Source of the DNA: Promethearchaeota archaeon
Lineage (GTDB): Archaea; Asgardarchaeota; Lokiarchaeia; Sigyniarchaeales; SOKP01
Length of the DNA stretch: 64,000 nucleotides
NCBI GenBank assembly: GCA_048938025.1
Contig: JBHLMP010000001.1
Coordinates: 74,366 to 138,365 of the forward strand
Reading direction: 5' to 3'
The position numbers were made by a program, and so were the translations under genes. Below are positions 9,009-18,602 of this stretch, one piece after another. The notes beneath the pieces were generated by a model that saw only the letters and a list, made by a program, of their open reading frames with translations, made no database searches and was not told the origin of the DNA. Positions within the stretch are counted from its first letter, which is position 1; each line of letters begins with the position of its first letter.

Positions 9009-10280
9009 TCAATCTCTTTTTAAGCATTGTTTACTTATTCCATAAAATATTAAAATTAGGAAAAAAGTAGGGACAAAATTAATTGGAAACCAATCTTGAA
9101 TAAGAAACCATATTCCCATAAAAGTCAAATCAAAAAAAATTAAGAAAAAGAAACTAGGTTTAATAAAATTTTTTGTTATTTCAGAATGTCGTGGTAAGTT
9201 AAATATTATTATAATTAAGATTGGCGTTAGAATTAAGAGATGATGATCCCAGGAATCAAAATAAGCAATAAGCATAATTAAAATGCCAAAAGAATATCCA
9301 AAAATTAAATTTTCAGAATTTGATTTACCAAAAATATAAATAAAGAAACCTAATCCTCCTGTAATCAATAAAACACTTAAAAATATAAATAATTGATAAT
9401 TTAATAGTTGTTCCTCTGAAAAACCAAATAAAAATAAGAGATTTTCTATAATTTTTGTAGCACTAAAAGAATGATTTATGTAAACTGTATCCTCTCCGGT
9501 AAAATTAATTGCTATAAAGCCTTTTAATAGGGAAGGATAGATTAAAAATATAAAAAGATTTAGAGATAAGGGCAATAAAACGCCTAAAATACGTATTAAT
9601 GTATTTAAAAAATTGATATTCAAATTCTTTTTTTTAAAATCATAATTGATCGCAATTAGGAATGGAATCATAAAAATAGTTATTGGCTTTACAATTATAC
9701 TAATTCCAAGAATTAAACTTGCGATAAATTGCCATTTAATTTGATCATATTTGAGGTAAATCAGAAGAGATAATAATATTAAAAGTGTAATATAGAGATT
9801 GATTTGACCTAAAATATAATTAAAAAGATTAGGTACACTCATTAAAAATAAGCTAATATATAATATAACTCTTTTATCATCAATTTCATGATCTTCACCC
9901 CTAATTAAAATAATTATTTTATAAAGGATAATACAGATTAAGATATTTAGAAGTAAATTAACTAAATTGAAAAATACGAACCCTAAGTCAAAACCAAGTA
10001 GATAAAAAGGAATAAATAGGACAGCAGATAATGGAAAATACCGAAATGGCCAAGTACTATAATTTGTTCGATCATAAAGGCCATTAATATCATTTATAAA
10101 TACTTTCCCAACTGTATAATAAACTCGAAAATCATTTCTATCTCTAAAGAAAATTAACGTTAAGATCAATGCCAATATAAAATAAGATATATGAACTACT
10201 AAAGCATATTTAAATATCTTATATTGCCATAATTCTTTAAATCTTTTTTTAATTTTAATTAAAAATGGCTTCAAATTCAT
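9009..10280 (-). CDS. GT87 / DUF2029 family (GT-C) membrane glycosyltransferase
   Basis: Polytopic; DFRVYY, FRYFPLSA, GQIN, IVKP and SWDHH motifs. Confidence 0.8.
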   Translation of the reverse strand: MNLKPFLIKIKKRFKELWQYKIFKYALVVHISYFILALILTLIFFRDRNDFRVYYTVGKVFINDINGLYDRTNYSTWPFRYFPLSAVLFIPFYLLGFDLGFVFFNLVNLLLNILICIILYKIIILIRGEDHEIDDKRVILYISLFLMSVPNLFNYILGQINLYITLLILLSLLIYLKYDQIKWQFIASLILGISIIVKPITIFMIPFLIAINYDFKKKNLNINFLNTLIRILGVLLPLSLNLFIFLIYPSLLKGFIAINFTGEDTVYINHSFSATKIIENLLFLFGFSEEQLLNYQLFIFLSVLLITGGLGFFIYIFGKSNSENLIFGYSFGILIMLIAYFDSWDHHLLILTPILIIIIFNLPRHSEITKNFIKPSFFFLIFFDLTFMGIWFLIQDWFPINFVPTFFLILIFYGISKQCLKRD

Positions 10281-10301
10281 GCTATACTTATCAGATATTA
10301 A

Positions 10302-11054
10302 TTATAAGTTAATCTTCATTCTTCTTTTTCTTATGATATAAAATATAATACCAAGAGAAAATATAACTGCTAAAATTATTAATGTTGGAATTACATACCA
10401 AGGCAAGTAATCAAGGGAAATGTCAAGTACTACCTCATTATCCTTAATATATAGTTTATAGGAATTTAACGCTCCATTATCATTATAAATAGCAATAATT
10501 TTAATATTTTTAGTTGGATTTCCTGGTAATATCTCATTCTTTCCTATTTCTACATTTAATGTGGGTAATACCCTATTATCAACATTATACCATTTATATA
10601 GATTTAATCCTCCCATATATTCACCTACAGGTGTAGGAAACCAGAATGGTACTAAGGATTTATAATTTGAGAAATTTAATACTCCAGAGTAATCCTTTGG
10701 ATTAGAACGATAAACTATTGTAGAATTACTATCGTTAATTCCCCAGTCTACTTCATTTGTCCACTTCCAAATACTAAATTCTATTTTTATATGCGTTTCA
10801 TTAACCTCTGATTTATTTATCTCCCACTTCATTTTTGTACCTTTACTTATATTTTCAAATATACCTGGGTCATCCCATTCCATACCAAAAATAGCATCCA
10901 TCTCAGATCTTTTACATACATTACATTTCCATACTAATTTATCATCTATTCCTATTCCAGTGCTAAATTTGGCAGCATTTACCATAGATATATTTGTTGT
11001 CATGCACGATAAAATTATTAATATTAAGCAGATGAGAGGCAATCTTGGTTTCAA
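10302..11054 (-). CDS. Exported surface protein with C-terminal membrane anchor
   Basis: N-terminal signal-like segment, many NxS/T sequons, C-terminal transmembrane helix followed by RKRR. Confidence 0.7.
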   Translation of the reverse strand: MKPRLPLICLILIILSCMTTNISMVNAAKFSTGIGIDDKLVWKCNVCKRSEMDAIFGMEWDDPGIFENISKGTKMKWEINKSEVNETHIKIEFSIWKWTNEVDWGINDSNSTIVYRSNPKDYSGVLNFSNYKSLVPFWFPTPVGEYMGGLNLYKWYNVDNRVLPTLNVEIGKNEILPGNPTKNIKIIAIYNDNGALNSYKLYIKDNEVVLDISLDYLPWYVIPTLIILAVIFSLGIIFYIIRKRRMKINL

Positions 11055-11057
11055 AAT

Positions 11058-12323
11058 TTAAAATCCTCCCTTTATATCAATATTTAAACTATCTCTTTTC
11101 TTTGCCAAACATGCTTTACTTATTCCATAGAAAGTTATTAACAAAAAAATAGTACATTCAAAATTATATGGAAATAATGGATATGTAAGATACCATATTC
11201 CAACGAAAGCTAAATCAAAAAAACTAAAGAAGAAAAAACCAGGTTTAATAGAGTTAGTAATATGTGAATGTCTAGGTAAATTAAAAATAATTATTATTAA
11301 TATTGGTGTTAAATTTAGAAGGTGATGATCCCAGGAATCAAAATACGAAAGTAACATAATTAAAATAGCAAATGCATAACCATAAATAATTGAATTTTCG
11401 TCAAATCTTCTAAATATGAAAATTAGGAAACCTAATGCACCTAAAAATCCAATAATGCTTATTAGTATGATTAATTGACTAAATGGGATGTTGTAAAAAT
11501 AGCAAAAATTAGTTATAAGTTTGGAAATACTATATGAGAAATTTAAGGCTATAGGATTACTTCCTGTAAAGTTAGTTTCTAAAAAGCCTTTCCATGATTT
11601 TGGGTATATAAAAAAAACTATAAAATTCAATGACAGTGGTAATAATACACCTAATAATCTTACCGTACTTTTAATAAAATCAAACCGAAACTGTTTTTTG
11701 TTTAAATCAAAACTAAATATAATTAAAAATGGAATTAAGAAAAATGCTGTAGGTTTTATAATAATACTGATTCCTAAAATAACACTTCCTATAAATTGCC
11801 ACTTAATACTTTTAAATTTAATAAAAATATAAAGAGATATTAATATAAATAAGGTTATATATAAATTTATTTGACCATAGATATAATTTAAGACATGTGG
11901 TAAGCTCATTAAATACAAACTAATATATAAAATAACCCTTTTATCATCTTTTTCATGATCCTCATTTCTAATGATCATTATGATTTTGTAAAGGACTATA
12001 CAAATCAAAATATTTAGGAATAGATTAAATAGATTAAAAATTATGAAACTAACTTTAAAATCTAAAAAGCCAAAAGGAATAAAAAATAGTGCGGAAAGTG
12101 GAAAATAACGAAAATCCCATAAATAATTCGATTGATTATACAAATTTTCAGTATCATTCAGAAATATTTCTCCAGCTCTATAGAAGATCACAAAATCATT
12201 TTTTTCTTGAAAAAACATAAAAAATAAAATAATTGACAGAATGAAATAAAAACTATGAAGTACAATAGCATATCGGAAAATATTATACTTACAAAGCTCT
12301 TTAATTCTATTTAATATTTTCAA
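11058..12323 (-). CDS. GT87 / DUF2029 family glycosyltransferase, paralog of 9009-10280
   Basis: DFVIFY, FRYFPLSA, GQIN, IIKP and SWDHH motifs; colinear with the neighbouring paralog. Confidence 0.8.
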   Translation of the reverse strand: MKILNRIKELCKYNIFRYAIVLHSFYFILSIILFFMFFQEKNDFVIFYRAGEIFLNDTENLYNQSNYLWDFRYFPLSALFFIPFGFLDFKVSFIIFNLFNLFLNILICIVLYKIIMIIRNEDHEKDDKRVILYISLYLMSLPHVLNYIYGQINLYITLFILISLYIFIKFKSIKWQFIGSVILGISIIIKPTAFFLIPFLIIFSFDLNKKQFRFDFIKSTVRLLGVLLPLSLNFIVFFIYPKSWKGFLETNFTGSNPIALNFSYSISKLITNFCYFYNIPFSQLIILISIIGFLGALGFLIFIFRRFDENSIIYGYAFAILIMLLSYFDSWDHHLLNLTPILIIIIFNLPRHSHITNSIKPGFFFFSFFDLAFVGIWYLTYPLFPYNFECTIFLLITFYGISKACLAKKRDSLNIDIKGGF

Positions 12324-12408
12324 ATTAACAAATATTTATTTTGATTTTAAATTCTTAAATTAAATTATTAAAATAAAATTATATGATTTCAAATAACTGT
12401 TGATATAA

Positions 12409-13836
12409 ATGTCTTTTGTAAGAAAAAATGATGATGATAAAAAAACATCTTTCGGAGTAATTGTAGGAAATAGGGATGTCTTTCCTGATAATCTTGCTAA
12501 AGAAGGAAGATTAGAAATTATTGAAATTTTAACTGAATTGGGTTATGATTATTTAATTTCAAGTGAAAATGATACACAATATGGAGTTGTAGAGACATTT
12601 TCAGATGCAAAAAAGTGTGCTGACTTGTTTAAAAGAAATAGAGATAAAATAATTGGTATTTTGGTAATTTTACCTAATTTTGGAGATGAAAAAGGTATTG
12701 CGAATGCTATAAAATTATCAGAACTTGATGTTCCAATCCTAATACAGGCATCATCAGACGATATAAACAAAATGGACAGGTCTTCTAGAAGAGATGCTTT
12801 TTGCGGGAAGATTTCAGTAACGAGTGTGTTATATCAATATGGAATTCCTTTCACTCTTACTACAAATCATACATGTGCAATTAAATCGGATGAATTTAAG
12901 AAGGATTTAATACGATTTGAGAAAATTTGTAAGGTTGTTAGGAAAATCAGGAAGGCTAGATTTGGACAGATCGGTACTCGACCTAATGCATTTGAAACTG
13001 TGAGATATAGTGAAAAAATTCTTGAGTTTAATGGAATTTCTATCGAATCTATCGATTTATCTGAAATTTTAGCAGCAATTCAACAATTAAAAGATGATGA
13101 TCCAAAAATCAAAGAGAAAATTGAATTTATCAAAAATTATACTCCCACTAAAGAATTCCCAGGGGATGGATTATTAAAATTAGCTAAATTAGCTGTGATC
13201 GTTGAAATTTGGGTGGCAGAAAATGAATTGGATGGATTTGCATTCCAATGTTGGCCCTCGATTCAAGATAATTTTGGTATTGTACCATGCGCAGTGATGA
13301 GTATGTTTAGTGAGTCTTTAGTACCTGCTGCTTGTGAAGTAGATATTTCGGGATTAATTGGCATGTATATATTGCAAGTAGCTTCCGACACACCCTCAGC
13401 AATTCTAGATTGGAACAACAATTATGGGGATGATCCAAATAAAATGGTACTTTTCCATTGTAGTAACCTTCCTAAATCATTCTTTAAAGATACTAAAATG
13501 ACAATACATCCTATAATTGGAGATGATAAACCTGATTCAAGTTTTGGTGCAATTCAAGGAAGAATTAAAACTAACTCATGTACTCTTTTAAGAATAGAAA
13601 CGGATGATATATATGGAGAGATTAAAGCATTGTTAGTTGAAGGGAATTATACAGATGATCCTTTAGATACATTTGGTGGATTTGGAGTTATTAACATTCC
13701 TAATTTACAAGATATTCTTAAAACTTTATGCAGAGAGGGATTTGCCCATCATATTGCAGTAACTCTAAATGAAGTAGCAGAAATTGTCAATGAAGCTCTC
13801 AATCATTATTTGGGATGGAATATAATTCGATATTAA
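12409..13836 (+). CDS. L-fucose/L-arabinose isomerase family protein
   Basis: LPNFGDE, RRDAFCGKIS, FQCWP, ACEVD, FHCSN and GFAHH motifs. Confidence 0.85.
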   Translation: MSFVRKNDDDKKTSFGVIVGNRDVFPDNLAKEGRLEIIEILTELGYDYLISSENDTQYGVVETFSDAKKCADLFKRNRDKIIGILVILPNFGDEKGIANAIKLSELDVPILIQASSDDINKMDRSSRRDAFCGKISVTSVLYQYGIPFTLTTNHTCAIKSDEFKKDLIRFEKICKVVRKIRKARFGQIGTRPNAFETVRYSEKILEFNGISIESIDLSEILAAIQQLKDDDPKIKEKIEFIKNYTPTKEFPGDGLLKLAKLAVIVEIWVAENELDGFAFQCWPSIQDNFGIVPCAVMSMFSESLVPAACEVDISGLIGMYILQVASDTPSAILDWNNNYGDDPNKMVLFHCSNLPKSFFKDTKMTIHPIIGDDKPDSSFGAIQGRIKTNSCTLLRIETDDIYGEIKALLVEGNYTDDPLDTFGGFGVINIPNLQDILKTLCREGFAHHIAVTLNEVAEIVNEALNHYLGWNIIRY

Positions 13837-13841
13837 TATAT

Positions 13842-14948
13842 TTATTTTTTCCTTTTAACTTTTAGCTCTTTTTCAAAAAAACCAGAGTTAATAATTTTTT
13901 GGTGCTCTTCAGTAAAATTTGTTAGAATTTCAAATCCCTTTATATTTACAGGAGTATTACTAATTTTATTATGGAAATTAAGAATTCTCCTTCTTGATAA
14001 ATAAATAGAATATGCAGAAATATCGCACCCTATCCACTTTCGATTTAGCTTATCAGCAACTAATAATGTAGTTCCAGAACCACAATAAAAGTCTGCAATC
14101 AAGTCTTCTTCATTAGAACCTAATTTAATTATTCTTTCTAGTAATTTATGGTGTTTCTGAGTCGGAAAACCACTCCATTCTTTTGAAGCGGGTTGCATAC
14201 AAGGAATTCTCCACACATCATCCACTTTTTTATCGGTTACAATTCGATATTTTACATGTCCATTTTTATCTTTAACGTTTTTCAAAACTCCGTTTATCAT
14301 TTCTCTCTTTAATTGTTTTTTTGGTTTTTTGCGAGGAATTCTTAGCTTATTAAATGTATATTTATTAGATTTGGAATATACTAATATATCATCGTGTGCA
14401 CGAGGGAGGTTTCTTTTCCCTGCTGAATATTTATTATAATAATACCAAATAATATTATTTATAAACCTCTCTTCTCCAAAAATTTCATCCAAGATTAATT
14501 TAACATAATGGCTTGCATGCCAATCCAAATGAATGAATAGTAAACCCGTTTGAGATAATAAATCTTTAAAAAGAATTATCCTCTCATAAAGCATTTGCAA
14601 ATATGAATCTAAATTCTTCTCCCAATGATCGAAGTATGCTATAGTATTATAAACATTATCATTATCTTTAATTTTAATCTGATAATTAGTGCCTGAAAAG
14701 AAAGGAGGATCTATATAGATCAAATCTACTTTACCTTTGAAGTTATTTAATAAATGATATAAAACTTCCATATTATTCCCCCAAAATAATTTGTTTCTCC
14801 AGTCTTTCTTATGTAAATTATTTTGGATTTTTTGTTCATTAACTTCAGGGTGAACTTCAAAAATTTTATAATAATTCAGAAGTCTATTTTTTAATTCTTT
14901 CAGTTTGACTGATTTTTCCGATTTTCCCTCCCAAATTAATTTTACCAT
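13842..14948 (-). CDS. Site-specific DNA methyltransferase (N6/N4, beta class, Mod-like), apparently orphan
   Basis: IYIDPPF catalytic motif, FPTQK, DFYCGSGTT SAM-binding motif; no adjacent nuclease gene. Confidence 0.88.
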   Translation of the reverse strand: MVKLIWEGKSEKSVKLKELKNRLLNYYKIFEVHPEVNEQKIQNNLHKKDWRNKLFWGNNMEVLYHLLNNFKGKVDLIYIDPPFFSGTNYQIKIKDNDNVYNTIAYFDHWEKNLDSYLQMLYERIILFKDLLSQTGLLFIHLDWHASHYVKLILDEIFGEERFINNIIWYYYNKYSAGKRNLPRAHDDILVYSKSNKYTFNKLRIPRKKPKKQLKREMINGVLKNVKDKNGHVKYRIVTDKKVDDVWRIPCMQPASKEWSGFPTQKHHKLLERIIKLGSNEEDLIADFYCGSGTTLLVADKLNRKWIGCDISAYSIYLSRRRILNFHNKISNTPVNIKGFEILTNFTEEHQKIINSGFFEKELKVKRKK

Positions 14949-15092
14949 TTCTTTATCAAACTATATTTATATTTAGAATTTATTTTTAAATTATATTGTA
15001 AATAAATCAGTTATTATAAAGTCTATATTAAAATTTTTATGATGTTGTTTCTGATTTATTAAAATTAGAAAAAAACGAATTTAAAAGTACAA

Positions 15093-15770
15093 TTACTCAA
15101 GATTTGTTCTTTCCAATAAATCCTCAAATTCTTTATCTGAAAGGAATCCTTTATGCATCAAAATATCTTTAATTTCGTCCATGAGTTGAGGAGCTCCTTT
15201 AGCTTCAAAGATTGTTTCTTCAAGTGCTTTTATCTTATCATTAAGCGCTTCAACTTCTTTTACTTTTAAATCTTTTTCATCCTTGAGGCTTTCCACCTCT
15301 ACATATTTATCTGAAATTGATTTTTGTAAATCCTTTTTAAGACTTTCAATCTCATTATTTTTTTGCTCTAGTTCTGCTCGAAGATCATTTTTTTCATCTT
15401 CTAAAGTCTCTATTTTTTCAGATAATTTCTCTAATTCTGTAATTTTTGAATTCGCTTCAGATAATTTTTCCTCCATTTCACTTATCGAAGATTTGAATTT
15501 ATTGGTTTCGGCATCTACATAAAGTTTTTCTTCCTTGATTCTCTCAAATTTTTTTTTCATTTCATCTAATTCGTCAATTTTTTTCTCTGCTTCTAATAAT
15601 TGTCCTTTGGTGGTTCTTAAATCTTCTGTTGTATTATCTAGGTCTTTTCTTTTCTGAGTTAATTGTCTTTCTAAATCATTAATTTTTGATCTAAGGTCTA
15701 ATAAAAATCTTCCCTCCACTTTTTGTTTTGCTTCGGGTTTTTCCTTTGCTTTAGCCCAATCAAAAGAAAT
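15093..15770 (-). CDS. Long coiled-coil protein, paralog A
   Basis: Heptad-rich E/K/L sequence; C-terminal HKGFLSDKE motif shared with paralog B; start inferred at ATT 15770 (track: GTG 15719). Confidence 0.75.
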   Translation of the reverse strand: MSFDWAKAKEKPEAKQKVEGRFLLDLRSKINDLERQLTQKRKDLDNTTEDLRTTKGQLLEAEKKIDELDEMKKKFERIKEEKLYVDAETNKFKSSISEMEEKLSEANSKITELEKLSEKIETLEDEKNDLRAELEQKNNEIESLKKDLQKSISDKYVEVESLKDEKDLKVKEVEALNDKIKALEETIFEAKGAPQLMDEIKDILMHKGFLSDKEFEDLLERTNLE

Positions 15771-15918
15771 TTCAATTTCACCTCTATTCTGATATAAATT
15801 TTATTTATTTTGTATTAGTATATATTTAATTTCTTTAGATTTATTATTTATAAAAATTTTATTAAATTATTTGAACTAAAAAATAACTATAATAATAAAA
15901 AATATGTTTCAAATAAGG

Positions 15919-16584
15919 TTAATCTTTTAAATCTTTTATTAATTGTTCAAGCTCCTTATCAGTTATAAATCCTTTATGTTCCAATACTTCTCTAATTTTT
16001 ATCATAATTCTTGGTGACGTTTTAGCTTCCAAAAATTGAATTTCAAGAGAATTGATCCTATTAATGAGCTCATTATTTTTATTATTTTTCGCTTCTAAGT
16101 TACTTTTAAGGCTTTCTAATTCTATATCTTTTCGTTTTAAATCATTTTTGAGATTTTGAACTTCCTTTTCTTTAAAATTGATTTTTTGTTCTATTTCAGA
16201 TGCTTTTTCAGAGGTGAAATTTAATTGGCTCTCTAATGTTGTAATTTTCGCTACTGCTTCAGTTAAATTTTTTTCTAACTCTGATTTATTTGATTTTAGC
16301 TTTGTTACTTCAATATCAGTATGAAGTTTTTCTTCTTGCACTTTATCTAAAGTCTTTTTTGCTGAAGATCTTCTTTCTGTTAGCTCAAGTAAACTTTTTT
16401 CACGACCAGCTAATTTTTCCCTAGTACTTTTCAGTTCATCATTTGCTTTTTCTAACTCCTTTATACTCTGGATTAATTTTTGTTCTAGATCATTAATTTT
16501 AGTTCTAAGGTCTAAAAGATATCTTCCCTCCACAGGGAATTTCTTATCAGGTCTCTCCTCAGCTTTTGCCCAATCTATACTAAT
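15919..16584 (-). CDS. Long coiled-coil protein, paralog B
   Basis: VEGRYLLDLR and HKGFITDKE shared with paralog A; start inferred at ATT 16584 (track: GTG 16533). Confidence 0.75.
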   Translation of the reverse strand: MSIDWAKAEERPDKKFPVEGRYLLDLRTKINDLEQKLIQSIKELEKANDELKSTREKLAGREKSLLELTERRSSAKKTLDKVQEEKLHTDIEVTKLKSNKSELEKNLTEAVAKITTLESQLNFTSEKASEIEQKINFKEKEVQNLKNDLKRKDIELESLKSNLEAKNNKNNELINRINSLEIQFLEAKTSPRIMIKIREVLEHKGFITDKELEQLIKDLKD

Positions 16585-16772
16585 TACTTTCTCACCTCAT
16601 AATTTCTCTATACTAAATAGATCTATTATATATTATTAAATTCGATCTCATATATTTTATATTTCTCTTTCTATATTAAAACTTTAAAAAATATTAATTT
16701 ATTATAAAGACCAATTATATTAATATTATTTATTTGATATCTATAAGATAAATTTATTTTTACCTTCTTTTT

Positions 16773-17576
16773 ATGAACAAGATTTCTATCGGATGTGCTG
16801 GTTGGGATTATAAAGATTGGATCGGCCCATTTTATCCTAAGAAACTTGAGAGACAAAATCATTTAGCTTATTATGCTAAATTTTTTCGGATTACTGAAGT
16901 TAACTCAACTTTTTATAATCTCCCCTCTATAGATACTGTTAATAAATGGAATTCTCGAACTCCTCCAAATTTTCGTTTCATTGTTAAAATGTGGCAAAAA
17001 ATAACTCATTACTTAAATGAACCAGCAGTGGTTTCTAGAATAAATGAATTTTTTTACCATATGGAGCCATTAAAAGCAAAGATAGTAGCATATCTACTAC
17101 AATTTCCACCGTGGTTTGAATATTCAGAGAAGCATTTAAATCAATTAAAACTTTTAATAAATGAGATCTCCTCTATATTTAACTTAATAATTGAACTACG
17201 ACATAATTCTTGGTTAAAGTCAGAAATCCTTTCTGAATTTATTGATGGTACTCAAAAAATTCTGGGAACAACCTATATACCGAGTGTTTCTCCATTTTAT
17301 ATACCAAATCAAAAATATTATTATATTAGACTCATTGGTGACCGGGAGCTAACGGTTTTTAACCGAATTCAGAGAGATCAAGAAGATGCTATAAGGCATC
17401 TTGAACAAAATATCCGGAAATTAAATGAAATGCCAAATATCTATGAAATATTTATTATTGTCAATAATCATTTTGCTGGATTTGCCCCTGAAACTGCTAA
17501 TATACTAAAAAAAAGATTAGGTTTAGAATTTCATAATTTCGACAAACAGAAAAAAATTTTTGACTATTTAACATAA
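16773..17576 (+). CDS. DUF72 (YecE-like) protein
   Basis: IGCAGWDYKDW, EVNSTFY, LLQFPP, IELRH and YIRLIG motifs. Confidence 0.9.
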   Translation: MNKISIGCAGWDYKDWIGPFYPKKLERQNHLAYYAKFFRITEVNSTFYNLPSIDTVNKWNSRTPPNFRFIVKMWQKITHYLNEPAVVSRINEFFYHMEPLKAKIVAYLLQFPPWFEYSEKHLNQLKLLINEISSIFNLIIELRHNSWLKSEILSEFIDGTQKILGTTYIPSVSPFYIPNQKYYYIRLIGDRELTVFNRIQRDQEDAIRHLEQNIRKLNEMPNIYEIFIIVNNHFAGFAPETANILKKRLGLEFHNFDKQKKIFDYLT

Positions 17577-17675
17577 TCTTTTTAAACTTCTTATAAACTC
17601 TTTTTTACTTTTGAATACTCTTATGAATAAAAAAGTTTTAAATATTGCAAGTTTGACTAATTTTTTATAGATATT

Positions 17676-17771
17676 ATTGATAATTTAAAGAAAATAGGAG
17701 AAGATTGGAGATTAACAGTTCTAGTAGTATGGCTTTTAGTAGGAATAGCTATTATATTTTTTATAAATTAA
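17676..17771 (+). CDS. Putative 31-aa single-pass membrane microprotein
   Basis: Open frame (M/I)DNLKKIGEDWRLTVLVVWLLVGIAIIFFIN*, purine-rich and coding-like; only ATT/ATA starts are available after the stop at 17658-17660. Confidence 0.4.
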   Translation: MDNLKKIGEDWRLTVLVVWLLVGIAIIFFIN

Positions 17772-17860
17772 AAATTCCGCATAGATTAATCGTTTAATAA
17801 TTAGTTTTATTAAATCCTAATTCAAAAAGTGTCATACTTAATTGTATAATTGTATGTAAA

Positions 17861-18376
17861 ATGAGTAATAATACCAATGTTGAGGAATTATTTCTTGAAA
17901 AATTTGAGAAATTATCCTTAAAAGTCGAGCAATTAACAAATGAAATTTCTAAAATGAAAGAGAAATTAGATAAAACCTATAAAGTTAATAGAATTTTTGG
18001 TCTGAAAACATTACGAAATTCAACGCCATTAGAATTTGCTAAGGATGTATTTGGTATAGGGAGCCCAACTAAAAAATATCTTTTATCAATAAGAGCAATT
18101 ACAGAAGAATGGAAAGGAAGGAAAAATGATTTTTTGATTTCAATAAGACAACAAGAAAAAGAAACTCATATGGATCTAAAAGCTCTCGGAATAAGGATTC
18201 CAATTAATGATATTAAAAACATCCGGCTTTTAACAAAACAGATCATTTCATTATTATACTTATCGTGTGAATTAAAAGGGCTTGCTTTTAATGAAATTTT
18301 AAGGGAAATATTGATTCAAGTAAACAATGAAGGATATAATATGGTACAGGAAATTAAACATAAAATGAACTTTTGA
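17861..18376 (+). CDS. Hypothetical protein with N-terminal coiled coil
   Basis: 171-aa ORF, ATG start, typical composition; no family recognised. Confidence 0.7.
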   Translation: MSNNTNVEELFLEKFEKLSLKVEQLTNEISKMKEKLDKTYKVNRIFGLKTLRNSTPLEFAKDVFGIGSPTKKYLLSIRAITEEWKGRKNDFLISIRQQEKETHMDLKALGIRIPINDIKNIRLLTKQIISLLYLSCELKGLAFNEILREILIQVNNEGYNMVQEIKHKMNF

Positions 18377-18388
18377 TTCTTATATAGA

Positions 18389-18410
18389 TCGTGAAACTTT
18401 TGTTTTACGA
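18389..18410 (+). terminator. Short hairpin or palindrome downstream of the preceding gene
   Basis: TCGTGAAAC-TTTT-GTTTTACGA followed by AATTTTCT; could instead be a protein-binding site. Confidence 0.3.
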
Positions 18411-18602
18411 AATTTTCTATCTAAAAATAATAATTTTATAAGATAAAGATTAACTAATTGAAGTCTTTTTAGAAATAGATATTATTATTATAAAATTAAA
18501 TTAATTTATAGAATATATAAATTATAATAACAAAATATTAACTGTAAGGATAAAGACTTTAAACTAATTCAAGATTATTAAAATTCAAAGAAGGCTAATT
18601 AA

